DNA from: Chiloscyllium plagiosum
Taxonomy: Eukaryota
Reading direction: 5' to 3'
Assembly (NCBI RefSeq): GCF_004010195.1
Contig: NC_057718.1
Coordinates: forward strand, 20,231,547 to 20,295,546
Length of the DNA stretch: 64,000 nt
Position numbers and translations under genes: made by a program. Shown piece by piece: positions 12,301 through 25,259 of the stretch. How positions within the stretch are numbered: the first letter of the stretch is position 1; every line of letters begins with the position of its first letter. The notes under the pieces were generated by a model. It saw only the letters and a list, made by a program, of their open reading frames with translations. It searched no databases and was not told the DNA's origin.

Positions 12301-13004
12301 CCCAGGCCAGGACTAGCCATGTGGTACCTGTCATTATCTGCCTGAAAAGGTCTTGTTCATTGTGATCTTCAGCACTCTCGACCATATAAGCCTCCAGGAA
12401 CCAGGGTGCCAAACTGTTCCAAAGTTTCTGGGACTGTCCTGTAATTTGATCAATCTCCCTGTGTCAAGCCTTCCTGGGATGTGTTTAGTCCCCAATATCC
12501 ATATGATCATTTGTCTCTACTGTGCATGAATAGGGCCCACTTATTCCCATGACTGGTGTAAGGTGACTGGGGTTGGGGTAGATTTTGGACATCACATGGG
12601 AGCTTTGGAGTTGGTGGTTAGCTATGGGCCTGTCACCTCCCCCACACTCTGACTCCTCAGGCAGCACTTTGTACCTCATCCACCATTCACATGATCCACA
12701 CAGCACTTTAACACCCACTACTCTTACAGGTAATCTTCCTGTGCCAAAATAAACTCTTTGCTGGAGCTGGTCAACCTACTGTGGACCCTGGGGATGATAA
12801 GGGACTGGATGAAGTTAGCCAATCAGGAGATAAGAGCAGTTGACACTGATTTGGGAGGTACCCCTACTGCATAGCAAGGTGTCTCCTGCCATCTTTCTTC
12901 CTTTCCTTCATGGTCTCCAGTGTTAGATGTAGGTCTATATCAATGAAGTAAGGAGCCTCAAGGCCCCTGCCTCACCTATGATTATGTCACTTCCCACTCA
13001 TAGA

Positions 13005-13195
13005 ATCATCATAGAATCCCTACAGTGTGGAAACAGGCCATTTGCCCCAACAAGTCCACACCGACCCGCAGAAAAAAACCCACCTAGACCTATCCCCTTA
13101 TTATATTACTCTACATTTACCCTTGACTAATGCACCCAACCTATGCATCCCTGAAAACTACATGGCTAATTCACCTAACATGCATTCTTTGGATT
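13005..13195 (-). mobile_element. HE1-type SINE 3' fragment
   Basis: ATAGAATCCCTACAGTGTGGAAACAGGCC...CATGGCTAATTCACCTAAC. Confidence 0.75.
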
Positions 13196-14309
13196 TCATC
13201 CAGTGACAAACTTTGGTCAAGCCACAGACCTCCCCTTCAGGCTAACCAATCACATCAGAGATAAGTCACATGCTAAATCTGACCATTTTTGATTCCCCCA
13301 CGCCAACTCCACTGGCACAAAGAAAAGGAATCCCATCTCCATTGGAACTTAGGATTTCCCCTGATGAAAATCTGAACTTTAATCAGTTTCTCACCAGAAG
13401 AGGTTTTTTTAATCCCAAAACAAATCCAGTTCCTCTTTCCTGTCTTTGTGGTGAAAATTCAGTTCAATGCTTTGTACTGTCTATTTCAGGAACCTGTTAA
13501 AATTCTCTGTGCTGCACTTCTAGGGTCAGGTTCTCCTTGTTCCTCATGAAGTACTGCTATTATTCCCCAAGAGTCTATTTTTTTCCGTTGTTCTGTGGTG
13601 AGTAACCAAATCTCCCTATATCAGTGGAAACATCTAACGTTAGTTTTGGGTCATGTCTCAGTCTCTTTCTGATTCCAATATGAAACATGCCAATAATTAC
13701 AGTAACCCTAATATTTATGGGCAGAGTATAGGGGAGATCAAAGACCTCCACAAGGCCATAGATGGGAAATGCCTACTGAACCTAACGTAGGATTCCATTA
13801 TCACTTCTTAAATTTGGCTTCCTGCTTGCCAGCTGTTCAAGATGATTGAGGAATTAGTCTTGGTTGGGTGCTAGGGATTATGAGATTGTGGGATATAACA
13901 AAATTATCTGGGATGGAAGGGCGCCAATAGCAGTGGTGGAGTATTTAGGGGTCAAATCGACTGATTGGGGAGGGGGCCAAGTTTCTTTGAAGGTTTGATG
14001 GGAAGCATTCTTCTTGTTCCTGACCCATAAAGAGTGCCAGAAAAAAACATGCGGAGCTAGCGACTACTGCTATTTTCATTGCCATAGGTCAGGAAAAGAA
14101 CGCAGCAAGAGTGATTTTCAAATAAGGCTCCCAGTTGCACTGTGGTACTCAAGTGAACAAGCTCATGCACTCTAATATGTGTTGCCTATGCATGTGTAGT
14201 TTGTTGATGACATTTTTAAGTAGCTTGACACTAGGTTCCTGAAGCATCTTGTCTGTTCAGAACTCAGTCACAGCAGGAGACTCCCAGATGGACAGCAGAA
14301 ACACTTTCG

Positions 14310-14615
14310 GGTTGTACTCGAAACAACCCTGAAAATGTCAAACATCCCCACTATCTCACTGGGATGAAGAAGGTTCATTTGGGATGGCACAGGACACGTT
14401 GAGAGATTTCCTTGGAAACACACAGAGGCAAAGTCCTGGTACTGGAGATTGCACCACAAATCCCTAAACAACTTGTCTACATGACCTTTCGATCAACACC
14501 ATACCCCATATGTGACGGAATCTTCAGGTCATGCATTTGAATTAGCACCAACACTCAGAACCTATTGAACCAGAGTGGAACCAAGTTTTCTTTGATCCCA
14601 TGAAACTGCTTAAGA
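14310..14615 (+). mobile_element. RTE-clade LINE 3' end
   Basis: RRFIWDGTGHVE-like peptide and a terminal C/H-rich region, followed by GAGTGGAACCAAGT...AAGAAG. Confidence 0.55.
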
Positions 14616-14934
14616 AGGAAATATTTAAGTAACTATCCCCCCACCCTGAACTTTTCTCACCATCATGGAAATGGTGTCATTAATTTTGTGGTCAATATAC
14701 ATCTGATTGGATTTCTTTCAAAACTTCACAGTTACAAATTATAATTAAGAGACACAGTGAATGATTCTGTTGTTTTGTTAAGATAAATATTTCACATGTT
14801 TAATTCACAACTTCTATTAATTTTAATGAACAATGATCTTCTTCCTTGCAAAAACTACCCTTGCAATTATCTATCCCAGACTAAGGACCATTAAATATCT
14901 TCAAAGCTTCTCTGCCCGTATTGGTAATTATAAC

Positions 14935-15175
14935 TTAGATTAGATTATCTACAGTGTGGAAACAACAAGTCCACACCGACCCACTGAAGCACAACCCACC
15001 CAGACCCATTCCCCTACATTTACCCCTTCACCTAACACTACAGAGCAATTTAGCATGGCCAATTCACCTAACCTGCACATTTTTGGACTGTGGGAGGAAA
15101 TCGGAGCACCCGGAGGAAACCCACGCAGACATGGGGAGAATGTGCAAACTCCACACCTGAGGTAGGAATTGAACC
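14935..15175 (-). mobile_element. HE1/V-SINE-type SINE, lacking its 5' head
   Basis: (TTAGA)n tail and V-domain in reverse. Confidence 0.9.
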
Positions 15176-15499
15176 ATACATACTGCATACTGCAAAAGAG
15201 TGAAGGTCAAATAGTTAAGTGAGCAGCAGTCACTTTACATGTCTTGGCCCAATTTCATGCAAGTTATGAACATGGAAGGACAATCTATGCCCAGAGAGCA
15301 CTAAATCAGTGAAGAACATTGTAATCAGATACAAATTTCCAAATCCTCTGGGAAAGGAAGGCAGGGAAAACAATTGCTTGAGTGTGTGTGCTCCACATCT
15401 TCAATAAACATCTCCCTCTTTTTCTTAGTTGGCCACACTGAATAACAAAGTATTACTCTCACCCATATCTTTTTAAAGTGTATTATTTTCGCAGGAAGT

Positions 15500-16665
15500 T
15501 CATATTGTTTGCTAACGCAGCATCCCTAATTGTCTTTGAGAAGGTGATGGACAGATATCTTTTTAAACTACTGCAAACCATATTGTGTAGGCACATCCAC
15601 AGTGCTGTAAGGAATGGAATTCCAGGATTTTAATCCAGCAATGGTGAAGAAACAGCAATGCTGCTCCAAGTCCGTCTGATGTGTGGCTTGAACTGAACTG
15701 CTAGCTGATTGTATTCCTGTATACCCTGCTGCCCTTCTCCTTATAGATGGCAGACACTGTGGGTTTAGTTAGTCCTGTTGAAGAAGGCTTCACGAGTTGG
15801 TGCATTGTATCTTGAATGTGATATACACTGTTGACATTGTTCCTCAGTAGTGAAATGAATGAAACTTTAGGGTAGTGGATAATGTGCCAATCAAGCAGTT
15901 GCTTTGTCCTGGAAGGTGTTGAAATTCTTGAGTGTTATTGATGCAGTACCCATCCAGACAACTGGGGAGGATTCCATCACATTCCTGACATGTGTCTTGT
16001 AGATAGTGAATAGGCTTTGAGGAGTCAAGAGGCGAGTTATTCACTGCAGAATTTCCAGCCCTGACCTGCTTTTGTAACCACAATATTTATATGGCTGGTC
16101 CAGTTTAGTTTCTGGTTAATGGTAACCCCAGGTTGGTAGCAGGGAATTCAGCTATGCTAATGTGAATAAGTGTCAATGGGAATTGCCATTATCTCTCTTG
16201 TTGGAAATGGCCATAACCTGATACTTGCGTGATGTAGTAGTAACTTGCTGTGAATGAGCCCAACCCTAAATGTTGTCCAGGTCTTGCTGCATTTGGACTT
16301 GGGTTGCTTCAGTATCTGAGGAGTCACAAGTGTTTTTGAGCTTTGTGAAATCATCAGTGAAAATACTTAACTGCCCTTACTTTGGAGAGAAAGTCAAAAA
16401 AGAAGCAGTTGAGGTTGTTGGGCCTGGGATACTACCCTGGGGAACTTCTCAAACAATAGCCTAGGACTGACATTATTGGCCTCCAATGATCACAACCAAT
16501 TTCCTTTATGGTAGGAATGACTCAAAGACTTCAGAGTTATTCCGCTAACCCCCACCCTGACGTGACCCACCAATTCCCATTGACTTCAGTTTTGCTAAGG
16601 ATTCTTGATGCAACATTTGATCAAATGCTTTGATTTCAAAGATGGATATTTTCACCTCATCTCTA
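15500..16665 (-). mobile_element. Old CR1-group LINE 3' fragment, same family as 41590-42875
   Basis: Reverse complement shares GTGTGATGGAATxCTCCCC and AACAxCxTCCAGGxCAAAGCA with ~42430-42510. Confidence 0.65.
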
Positions 16666-17507
16666 TGTTAAATAAAAAGCTCTATTGATGCTATTCATCT
16701 TAACTCATACATGTCACAGCAAATTCTACATTCTAAATGAATGAATGATTTATTTATTATCACTTGTATTTTTACAGTGTAAAACCTCAACAGTCATCAC
16801 AATCTGGCACCATTTTGAATAATTTAAGAATTTAAAGGACAAATGATGTAATTGAAAGAGAATAGTTTGAGAATAGAAAGGATAAAAGATATAGCTGAAA
16901 GAGTGCTCTGAGCTGGCTCAGCAATGATACCTGTGCCTCCATTACTCCTCCACTGCCTTGCGAATGTCTGTGCCAGACCCACCAATGGAGGAGTTGCCAC
17001 TCTTTCGGTGCCATCTCTTCAACGCTGGGCCCATCTCATTGATGCCATCGATGCCAGGTCCAATGCTGAACCCACACTCGCCTCCCAAAACCAGGAGTCT
17101 CCAGGTCCGCTGCTGCCTTGATGACGTCAGGAGTTCTCACTCCTTTAATTCGAACTCCAACAGTGAGATTCAAGGATCTTTCACACTATTCGTGTTTTCA
17201 GGATTTCTGCATTCTATTTCAACAGAGAAGACTCTGCCTGCCCTCCCTGAGACTTTTACACTTGAACCAGGGAGCTGCTTCACTTCGCTGCTTGGGTTTA
17301 GTTTTTGTATGGGGAAATCATTAAAAAAAAAGAAGAGGACACTTCGTGCTTCATATTCCAAAGGCAGAATCATTGGTTCACCAAATAACCTGGACTAATT
17401 TTCCCAATGAAGTGCAATCAAAGAGAGTGATTCATATCTGCTGCACGTAACTATTTAAAAATACCTATAGCTAACCACCAGATTTTAAATTAATATTTGT
17501 GTTTAAG

Positions 17508-18905
17508 TACCAAAAACAGAAATTCCTGGAGAAACTCTGTAGGTCTGGCAGCATGTGTGGTGGCAGGAACAGAGTTAACATTTTCGCCGGATGTGAAAAG
17601 ATCCTCTGGGGCCTTGGACAGAGGTGATGGGGGGAGGTGTGGGCACAGGTTTTGCACCTCCTGCGGTGGCAAGGGAAGGTACCAGGTGTGGAGGCTGTGT
17701 TACTGGGAGGCGTGGACCTAACAAGGGAGTCACAGAGGGAATGGTCTCTGCAGAATGTCGATAGAATTGGGGAGGGAAATATATCTCCGGTGGTGGGGTC
17801 TGACTGTAGGTGGCAGAAATGGTGGAGAATGCGCTGCATCCGGAGATGATTGGAGTGAAAGGTGAGGACCAGGCAGTTCTATCCTTGTTGCGGTTGGAGG
17901 GGTGAGGTTCAAGGGCAGAGGTGTGGGAAGTGAAGGAGATGTGCTGGAGGGCATTGTTGACCACATGGGAGAGAAAATTGCAGTCCTTGAAATTGGAGGC
18001 CATCTGGGATGTTCTGGAGCGGAATTGCTCCTCCTGGGAGGAGATACGGTCGAGGTGGAAGAATTAGGGGTAAGGTATCACTTTTACAGGTGTGACAATC
18101 AGTGAGTTTGAAATAGATGTTCGTGTTGAGCCGGTCGCTGGAGAGGTCCAGAAAGGGGAGGGAGGTGTCAGAGATGGTCCATGTGAACTCAAGGTCAAGG
18201 TGGAAGGTGTTGGAAAAGTTGATGAACTATTCAACATCCCCGTGGGAGCACGAGGTTGCTCCGATACAGTCATCAATGTAATGGAGGAAAAGGTGGGGGA
18301 TGGTGCCAGTGTAACTGAGGAAGATGGACTGTTCCATGTATCCTGTGAAGAGTCAGGCACAGCTGGGCCCATATAGGTGCCCGTGGCTATCCCTTTGGTC
18401 TGAAGGAAATGGGAGGATTCAAAGGAGATGTTGTTGAGGGTGAAGACCAGTCCCACCAATCAAATGAGAGTGTCAGTGAAGGGGTACTGGTTGGGTCGGC
18501 AGGAGAGGAAGAAGCAGAGTGCTTGGAGGCCTTCACCATGGCAGTCCTCACTTTCTCCCTTGCTACCACAAACAACCCATTGTCAGCAACTAATGGTCCC
18601 CAATAACAGCTAATGATTTTTCCAGGCTGGTCTTTACCCATTCCTTTATATGCCCAACTGATGCTCTCTTTTTCTAGGCTCCATCTCCATCTCCATCTCC
18701 ATCTAACATTTAACCCACCCTCCCACCACCATCTTCAGCAAATATTCCAACCTCTTCCTGGCTACAATCAGTTCTGAAGAAGGGTCACTGGACTTGAAAT
18801 GTTAACACTGCTTTTTCTCCACAGATGCTGCCAAACCGGCTGAGATTTTCCAGTAATTTCTATTTTTGTTTCTGATTTCCAGCATCCGCAGTTCTTTGGA
18901 TTTTT
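17508..18905. mobile_element. Composite PLE: minus-strand RT/linker fragment (~17590-18545) between inverted family-C pseudo-LTR pieces (17508-17585 minus, ~18560-18905 plus)
   Basis: Minus strand VFTLNNISFESSHFLQTKGIATGTYMGP (PLE RT) and TPGTFPCHRRRCKTCAHT. Hammerhead core at 18774-18803. Confidence 0.85.
18768..18810 (+). ncRNA. Minimal hammerhead ribozyme motif (family C), degenerate
   Basis: CAGUU-CUGAAGA-A-GGGUC-ACUG-GACUU-GAAA-UGUU/AAC. AAC can pair with the upstream GUU as stem I. Confidence 0.55.
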
Positions 18906-19272
18906 TTCTCTAATGTCACTGTCGTAGAGTTATGCATTTTGTGATGCCTTCCTTTAAAAAAGTTTGTTTCCTGTTCCTTTTTTTTAGTTTATATTTATGC
19001 CAATTCCAACACAGCTTTTTCTGAGTCTTTCTCTTCAACAACAGACTGAATGGACCCAATGAAGATATTTAAACAACATAAAAAGAGGAAATGGAATAAA
19101 AATTCACAACCTATTGATTCTTAGTATAATCTGAACAAATTCACAGCAAATATTTACAAAGTAGAAATAATTTTCCTGTAACTCTGAAAGCTTATGAAAA
19201 GCATCAACTGCATTAGTTCATCACAGTGACAAAAATTAATCTTTGCCTGTCTCAGGTTTCTATTGTACTTTG

Positions 19273-19390
19273 AGGAGAAAGTGAGGTCTGCAGATGCTGG
19301 AGATCAGAGCTGAAAATGTGTTGCTGGAAAAGCGCAGCAGGTCAGGCAGCATCCAGGGAACAGGAGAATCGACGTTTCGGGCATAAGCCC
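19273..19390 (-). mobile_element. Solo PLE pseudo-LTR end (family A) with target-site duplication
   Basis: Near-identical to the reverse complement of 1-124. TSD TTCTATTGTA(C/T)TTTG at 19258-19272 and 19391-19405. Confidence 0.85.
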
Positions 19391-19724
19391 TTCTATTGTA
19401 TTTTGCCTTGCAAGACACCACATGCAAAGGCATCAGTGCCAAAGTATTAGCATTCAAGTTTTACAAAGTTTTTCTCAACAGAAACAGCATCAGTTCAAAA
19501 TCTCAGACAGTCTAGTCACTTGACTGGATGGGTTTCTGTGCAGATATGAGATAGCTAAGGTGGAAAGTTATTTAACCAGAGAAATTATATTGAGTACAAA
19601 GATCTTTGCATTGTCAAAGGATGGCTGAAGATCAATTTTCATACACATCTGTACATTTTATTTCAAAACATTAGAGATGGGAGTCTTGATTGCTCTTTTT
19701 TCTGAATAATCTTGAAGATGTCGG

Positions 19725-22146
19725 TGATGATCATGGGAGACTTCACTATGCAGGTGGACTGGGTGAATAATGTTCCCGGTGGATCCAAAGAAAGGGAATT
19801 CATGGAATGCTTACAGGATGGCTTTTTGGAACAGCTTTGATGGAGCCCACAAGGGAGCAGACTATTCTATGTAATGAGCCAGACTTTATAAAAGATCTTA
19901 AAGTAAGGAAACACTTAGGAGGCAGCGATCATAATATGATAGAGTTCGGTCTACAGTTTGAAAGAGAGAAGGCAAAATCGGATGTAATGGTGTTAAATAA
20001 AGGTAATTACAGGGACATGAGAGAGGAACTGACAAAGATCAACTGGAAGCAGAACCTAGCAGGGAAGACAGTAGAGCAACAATGGCAGGAGTTTCTGGGT
20101 GTAACTGAGGACACAGTACAGAGGTTCATCCCAAAGAAAAGGAAGATTATTTGGGGGATGGAAGGGAATTAGACAGCCATGGCTGACAAATGAAGTCAGG
20201 AAATGTATCAAAGAAAAAGAGAGAGCCTATAAAGTGGCCAAGAGCACTGGGAAATCAGAAGATTAGGAAGGCTACAAAAACAAACAGAGGATAACAAAGA
20301 GAGAAATAAGCAGGAGAGGATCAAATATGAAGCCAATAATATTAGAAATTATAGTAAAAGTTTCTTTCAATACATAAGAAACATACCAGAGGCAAAAGTG
20401 GACATTGGGCCGCTCCAAATTGATGCAGGAAGGCTAGTGCTGGGAGATAAGGAAATAGCTGAAGAAATTAATAAGTACTTTGTGTCAGTCTTCACAGTGG
20501 AAGTAATATCCCAACAGTTAAGGAGAGTCAGCGGCCAGAGTTGAGTATGGTAGCCATTGCAAAAGCTAAAAGGTCCAAAAATTGATAAATCTCCTGGCCC
20601 AGATGAGCTCAGAGTTCTGAGAAAGGTAGCTGAGGAAATAGCAGAGGCATTGATTGTGATCTTTCAAAGGTCACTGGAGTCAGGGAAAGTCCCAGATGAT
20701 TGGAAAATTGCTGTTGTATCCCTCTTATTCAAGAAAGGATCAAGGATGGAAAATTATAGGCCGATTAGCCTAACTTCAGTTGTTGGTAAAATTCTAGAAT
20801 CCATAATTAAAGATGAGATTTCTAAATTCTTGGAAGTGCAGGGTCAGATTAAAACAAGTCAGCATGGATTTGGTAAGGGGAAGTCATGCCTGACAAACCT
20901 GCTAGAAGTCTTTGAAGAGGTAACAAGTAGGTTAGACCAGGGAAACCCAGCAGATGTTATCTATTTAGACTTCCAAAAGGTCTTTGATAAGGTGCCTCAC
21001 AGGAGGTTGCTGAGTAAGGCGGGGGACCATGGTGTTCAAGGTGAGCTACTGGCATGGATTGAGGATTGGGTGTCTGACAGAAGGCAGAGAATTGGGATAA
21101 ATGGCTCTTTGTCGAATGGCAGCCGGTGACAAGTGGTGTCCCGCAGGGTTCAGTGTTGGGGTCCGCAGCTGTTCACTTTATATATTAATGATCTGGATGA
21201 AGGGATTGGGGGCATTCTGGTGAAGTTTGCCAATGATACGGAGTTATGTGGATAGGCAGCACTGAGGAGGTGGGGAGGCTGCAGAAAGATTTAAACAGTT
21301 TAAGAGAGTGGTCCAGGAAATGGCTAATGAAATTCAAAGTGAGCAAATGCTAGGTCTTGCACTTTGGAAAAAAGAATACAGGCATGGGCTATTTTCTTCA
21401 TGGCAAGAAAATTCATAAAGCCAAAGTACAAAGGGATTTGGAAGTGCGAGTCCAGGATTCTCTAAAGGTTAACTTGCAGGTTGAGTCCGTAATTAAGAAA
21501 GTGAATGTAATGTTGTCATTTATCTCAAGCAGATTGGAATATATAGGCAGCGATGTGCTTCTGAGACTTTATAAAGCTCTAGTTGGGCCCCATTTAGAAT
21601 ACTGTGTCCAATTTTGGGCCCCAGGAAGGGCATACTGGCACTGGAGCATGTCCAGCAGAGATTCACATGGATGATCCCTGGAATGGTAGACCTAACATAT
21701 GATGAACAGTTGAGGATCCTGGGATTGTATTCATTAGAGTATAGAAGGTTGAGGCGAGATCTAATAGAAACTTACAAGATAATGCATGGCATAGAAATGG
21801 TGGATGCTGGGAAACTGTTTCCATTAGGTGGGGAGTCTAGGACCCATGAGCACAGCTTTAGAATTAGAGGGGGTCAATTTAGAATGGAAATGAGGAGACA
21901 TTTCTTCAGCTAGAGAGTGGTGGGCCTGTGAAATTCATTGCCATGGAGCGCAGTGGAGGCTGGGACATTAGATATCTTCAAGGCAGAGATTGATAAATTC
22001 TTGATCTCACAAGGAATTAAGGGCTACAGGGAGAGCGCGGGTAAGTGAGTTGAAATGCCCATCAGCCATGATTAAATGGTGGAGTGGACTAGATGGACTG
22101 AATGGTCTTACTTCCACTGCTATGTCTTTTGGTCTTATGGTCTTAT
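19725..22146 (+). mobile_element. CR1-clade LINE ORF2 (end of endonuclease plus RT), degenerate
   Basis: MGDF, LGGSDHNMIEF, KSPGPDE, ENYRPISLTSVVGKILE, DVIYLDFQKVFDKVPH, LVGPHLEYCVQFWAP, and a (GTCTTATG)-type tail. Confidence 0.95.
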
Positions 22147-22344
22147 GTTGGATCATTTATTTGTGGGTAAGATTACCTCAGCTGAGGAGCTCTAATTGTT
22201 TTGGGTCGGGGAAACCTTTGCCAGATTGAAGCTGCAAAAGGTCTTTGTGAATTTTGCTTTGGAGAGGAAGTGACAGGTGGTTTTGTTCTTTCATGTATTG
22301 TGCAGAGTAGAAAAATGCACATACCATTGCTTTATATGACTAAT

Positions 22345-23643
22345 TCTCCTCAACTTCAGTGGTCATGAAGTGCTCTGAAAGGCTGGTCATGGCATTAATC
22401 AACTCCAGCCTCCCCACTACTCTTGGCCCACTCCAATTTGCCTATCGACCAACAGATCCACATCAAATGCCATATCACTTGCCCTTCACTCCTCCCTACA
22501 CATATTGAAACCAAAATCAGCTACGTAAGAATCCTACTCATTGACTGCAGTTCAGCCTTCAATACTATTATACCCTCTAGACTGATTACTAAACTTAGTG
22601 ATCTCGGACTAAGCCCCACTCTCTGCAACTGGATCCTCAATTTCCTGACCCACAGGCCACAATCAGTGAAGATTGGGGACAATATGCCATCCTCACTAAC
22701 ACTCAACATTGGAGAATCCCATGGGTGTGTACTCAGCCTCCAACTGTACTCACTGTAGACCCATGAGTGTGTTGCCAAATGCCAGACTAATGCCATTTAC
22801 AAGTTTGCTGATGACACCACCATAGTGGGTCAAATCTCAGATGGCGACGAAACAGATGGGAGGTGGAAGACCTGGAAAAATGGTGCACTGAGAACAACCT
22901 AGCTCTCAATGCTGGCAAAACCAAGGAATTCATTATTGACTTTCTGCGGAATGTTACTCATGCCCCCCTATACATTAACAGCACAGAGGTGGGACGAGTG
23001 GAGAGCGTCAAGTTCCTGGGAGTGGTCATCCACAACAAGCTTTTTTGGACTCTTCATGTGGACGCACCAGTTACAAAGGCACAACAAAGTCTCTTTTTCC
23101 TCAGGCAGCTGAGGAAATTTGGCATGATGGCAACTTTGCCAACCCTTGCCAACTTTTATAGATGCGCCATCGAGAGCATTCTGTCTGGAAGTATCAGTAC
23201 CTATTATGGCAACTGTACCATTCAAGATTGGAGATGGTTACAGAGAGTGGTGAACTCGGCCTGGACAATCACAAAGACCAATCTCCCATCTATAGAATCT
23301 AATTACCAGGCCTGCTGTCATGGAAAGGCCGCCAGCATTCTCAAAGATCCATCCCAAACTGGCAATGTTTTTCTACAACCTTCTACCATCGGGGAGAAGA
23401 TACAGGAGTCTGAACACACGCACCAGCCAGTTTCGTAACAGTTTCTACCCTACTCTTGTTAGAATATTGAATGGCCTCACAAATCCTTAACATTCGCCTG
23501 TACCTGTGTTTTTGTTTTTACTGCTGTTTACCTATTATTTACTATTTATGCTACTTCACTCTGTGATCTGCCTGTATTGCTCGCAAGTCAAAGCTTTTCA
23601 CTGTGCCTCAGTACACGTGACAATAAATTCAATTCAATTCAAT
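22345..23643 (+). mobile_element. Rex1/Babar-type LINE, RT and 3' UTR
   Basis: [68 protein letters not shown], and a tail GTGACAATAAA(TTCAA)n. Confidence 0.9.
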
Positions 23644-24229
23644 TAATCTAATAAAAAAACATAATTTATTGCTTCAGATCCCATGGCTTCACCTGGTAAG
23701 AACGTACCTGCAATTCATTTTTCAATTGGTAGCACGTAATACATCCAGTAGCTAATTTACAGAGAGATAATTTTTGTACATTCAGTCTCACTTTTATGTA
23801 AGCTATTAGACAGAAGAAATATGCATCCCAAATTGTAAGGGCTATAAGGTTTATTTACAGGACAATTAGTCACAAAACAAAATCAATATTAATGTGCCAG
23901 CCATGATTCATTTGTTTTTTTTAACAACTAAGAATCCTTACAGTATGGAAGCAGGCCATTTGGCCCATTAAGTCTATGCTGACCTTCAGACGAGCATCCC
24001 ACCCAGAGCCATACCATCCCTGTAACCCTGTGTTTCCCATGACGAATCCACCTAGGCTGCACATCCCTCGGATTATGGGCAATTTAACATGGCCAATCCG
24101 CCTAACCTGCACATCTTTGGACAGTGGGAGGAAACCGAAGCATCCAGAGTAGACACAGGAGAATGTGCAAGCTCCACATAGACAGTCACCCAAGGGTGGA
24201 ATTGAACCTGGGTCCCTGATACTATGAGG

Positions 24230-24973
24230 AGAAAGTGACGACTGCAGATGCTGGAGATCAAAGTCGAAAAGTGTGGTGCTGGAAAAGCACCACTCCCAGC
24301 ACCTTCCCTTGCCGCTGTAAGAAGTGCAAAACCTGCGCCCACACCTCCCTCCCTCACCTCCATCCAAGGCCTCAAAGGATCCTTCCACATCCGGTAGTCC
24401 TGTACTTCCACAGATGTCATCTACTGTGTCTGTTGCTCTCGATATGGTGTTCTCTACACTGGGGAGACAGGATGCCAACTTGAGGATCGTTTCAGAGAAT
24501 ATCTCTGGGATACACGCACCAATCAACCCTACTACATTGTGGTCGAATACTTCAACTCCCTCTCCCACTCCATGGAAGTCCTTGGCCTTCTCCACCACCA
24601 ATCTCTAGCCACCCAACACCTGGAGGAAGAATGCCTCATCTTCTACCTTGGGACCCTCCGACCAATTGGAATCAATGTTGATTTCACCAGTTTCCTCATT
24701 TCCCCTGCCCCCACCTTATCCCAGATTCAACCCTCTAACTTGGCACAGTCCTCTTGGACTGTCCTACCTCTCCATCTCCCTTTCCACCTATCTGCTCCAA
24801 CCTCCTCTCCAACCTATCACCATCAACCCCCACCTTCATCCATCTATTGCATTCCCAGCTACCTTCCTCCCAGCACCCCCATTCCTGATGAAGAGCTATT
24901 GCTCGAAACATCGACTCCCCTGCTCCTTGGATGCTGCCTGACTGGCTGTGCTTTTCCAGCACCACACATTTCA
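24230..24973 (+). mobile_element. PLE 3' portion (Cys-rich linker plus GIY-YIG endonuclease plus pLTR) with an inverted terminal piece
   Basis: TPSTFPCRCKKCKTCAHT, VIYCVCCSRYGVLYTGET-like, VVEYFNSLSHS...HLEEECLIFYLGTLRPIGINVDF. Inverted pLTR end at 24230-24290. Confidence 0.9.
24885..24912 (+). ncRNA. Minimal hammerhead ribozyme motif (family A variant)
   Basis: CUGAUGA-A-GAGC-UAUU-GCUC-GAAA-CAUC. Stem II has an A-U pair where other copies have G-C. Confidence 0.6.
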
Positions 24974-25259
24974 TCCCTGATACTATGAGGCAGCTGCGCT
25001 GATTACTGAGCCACCATGCCACCCAGAGATGGAAGAAACATTGAACATGAAGGCTTCTAATACTAGTAGAAATACTTCAATTATTACAATATCATAAGCG
25101 TAAAAATATTTATTTCTGTGTATACAACTGTCTTACAAGACAACTTAACAGCCAACAGAAACTTAACATTAGCTACTGATCTACACAGATTGCTAAATGC
25201 GTTGAAGTGAAATAGACGTAATAGAGAAACCCACAAGAGAGAATGTAGGACACAGGATT

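Larger units (their letters stand above)
23930..25025 (-). mobile_element. HE1/V-SINE split by a PLE insertion
   Basis: SINE body 23930-24229 and head 24974-25025 are joined by a 17-bp duplication. Confidence 0.9.

Noticed and set aside
19222..19237. CACAGTG followed by ACAAAAATT (RSS heptamer and nonamer-like)
   Set aside because: No 12- or 23-bp spacer, so it is not a functional RSS. No V(D)J locus evidence seen.
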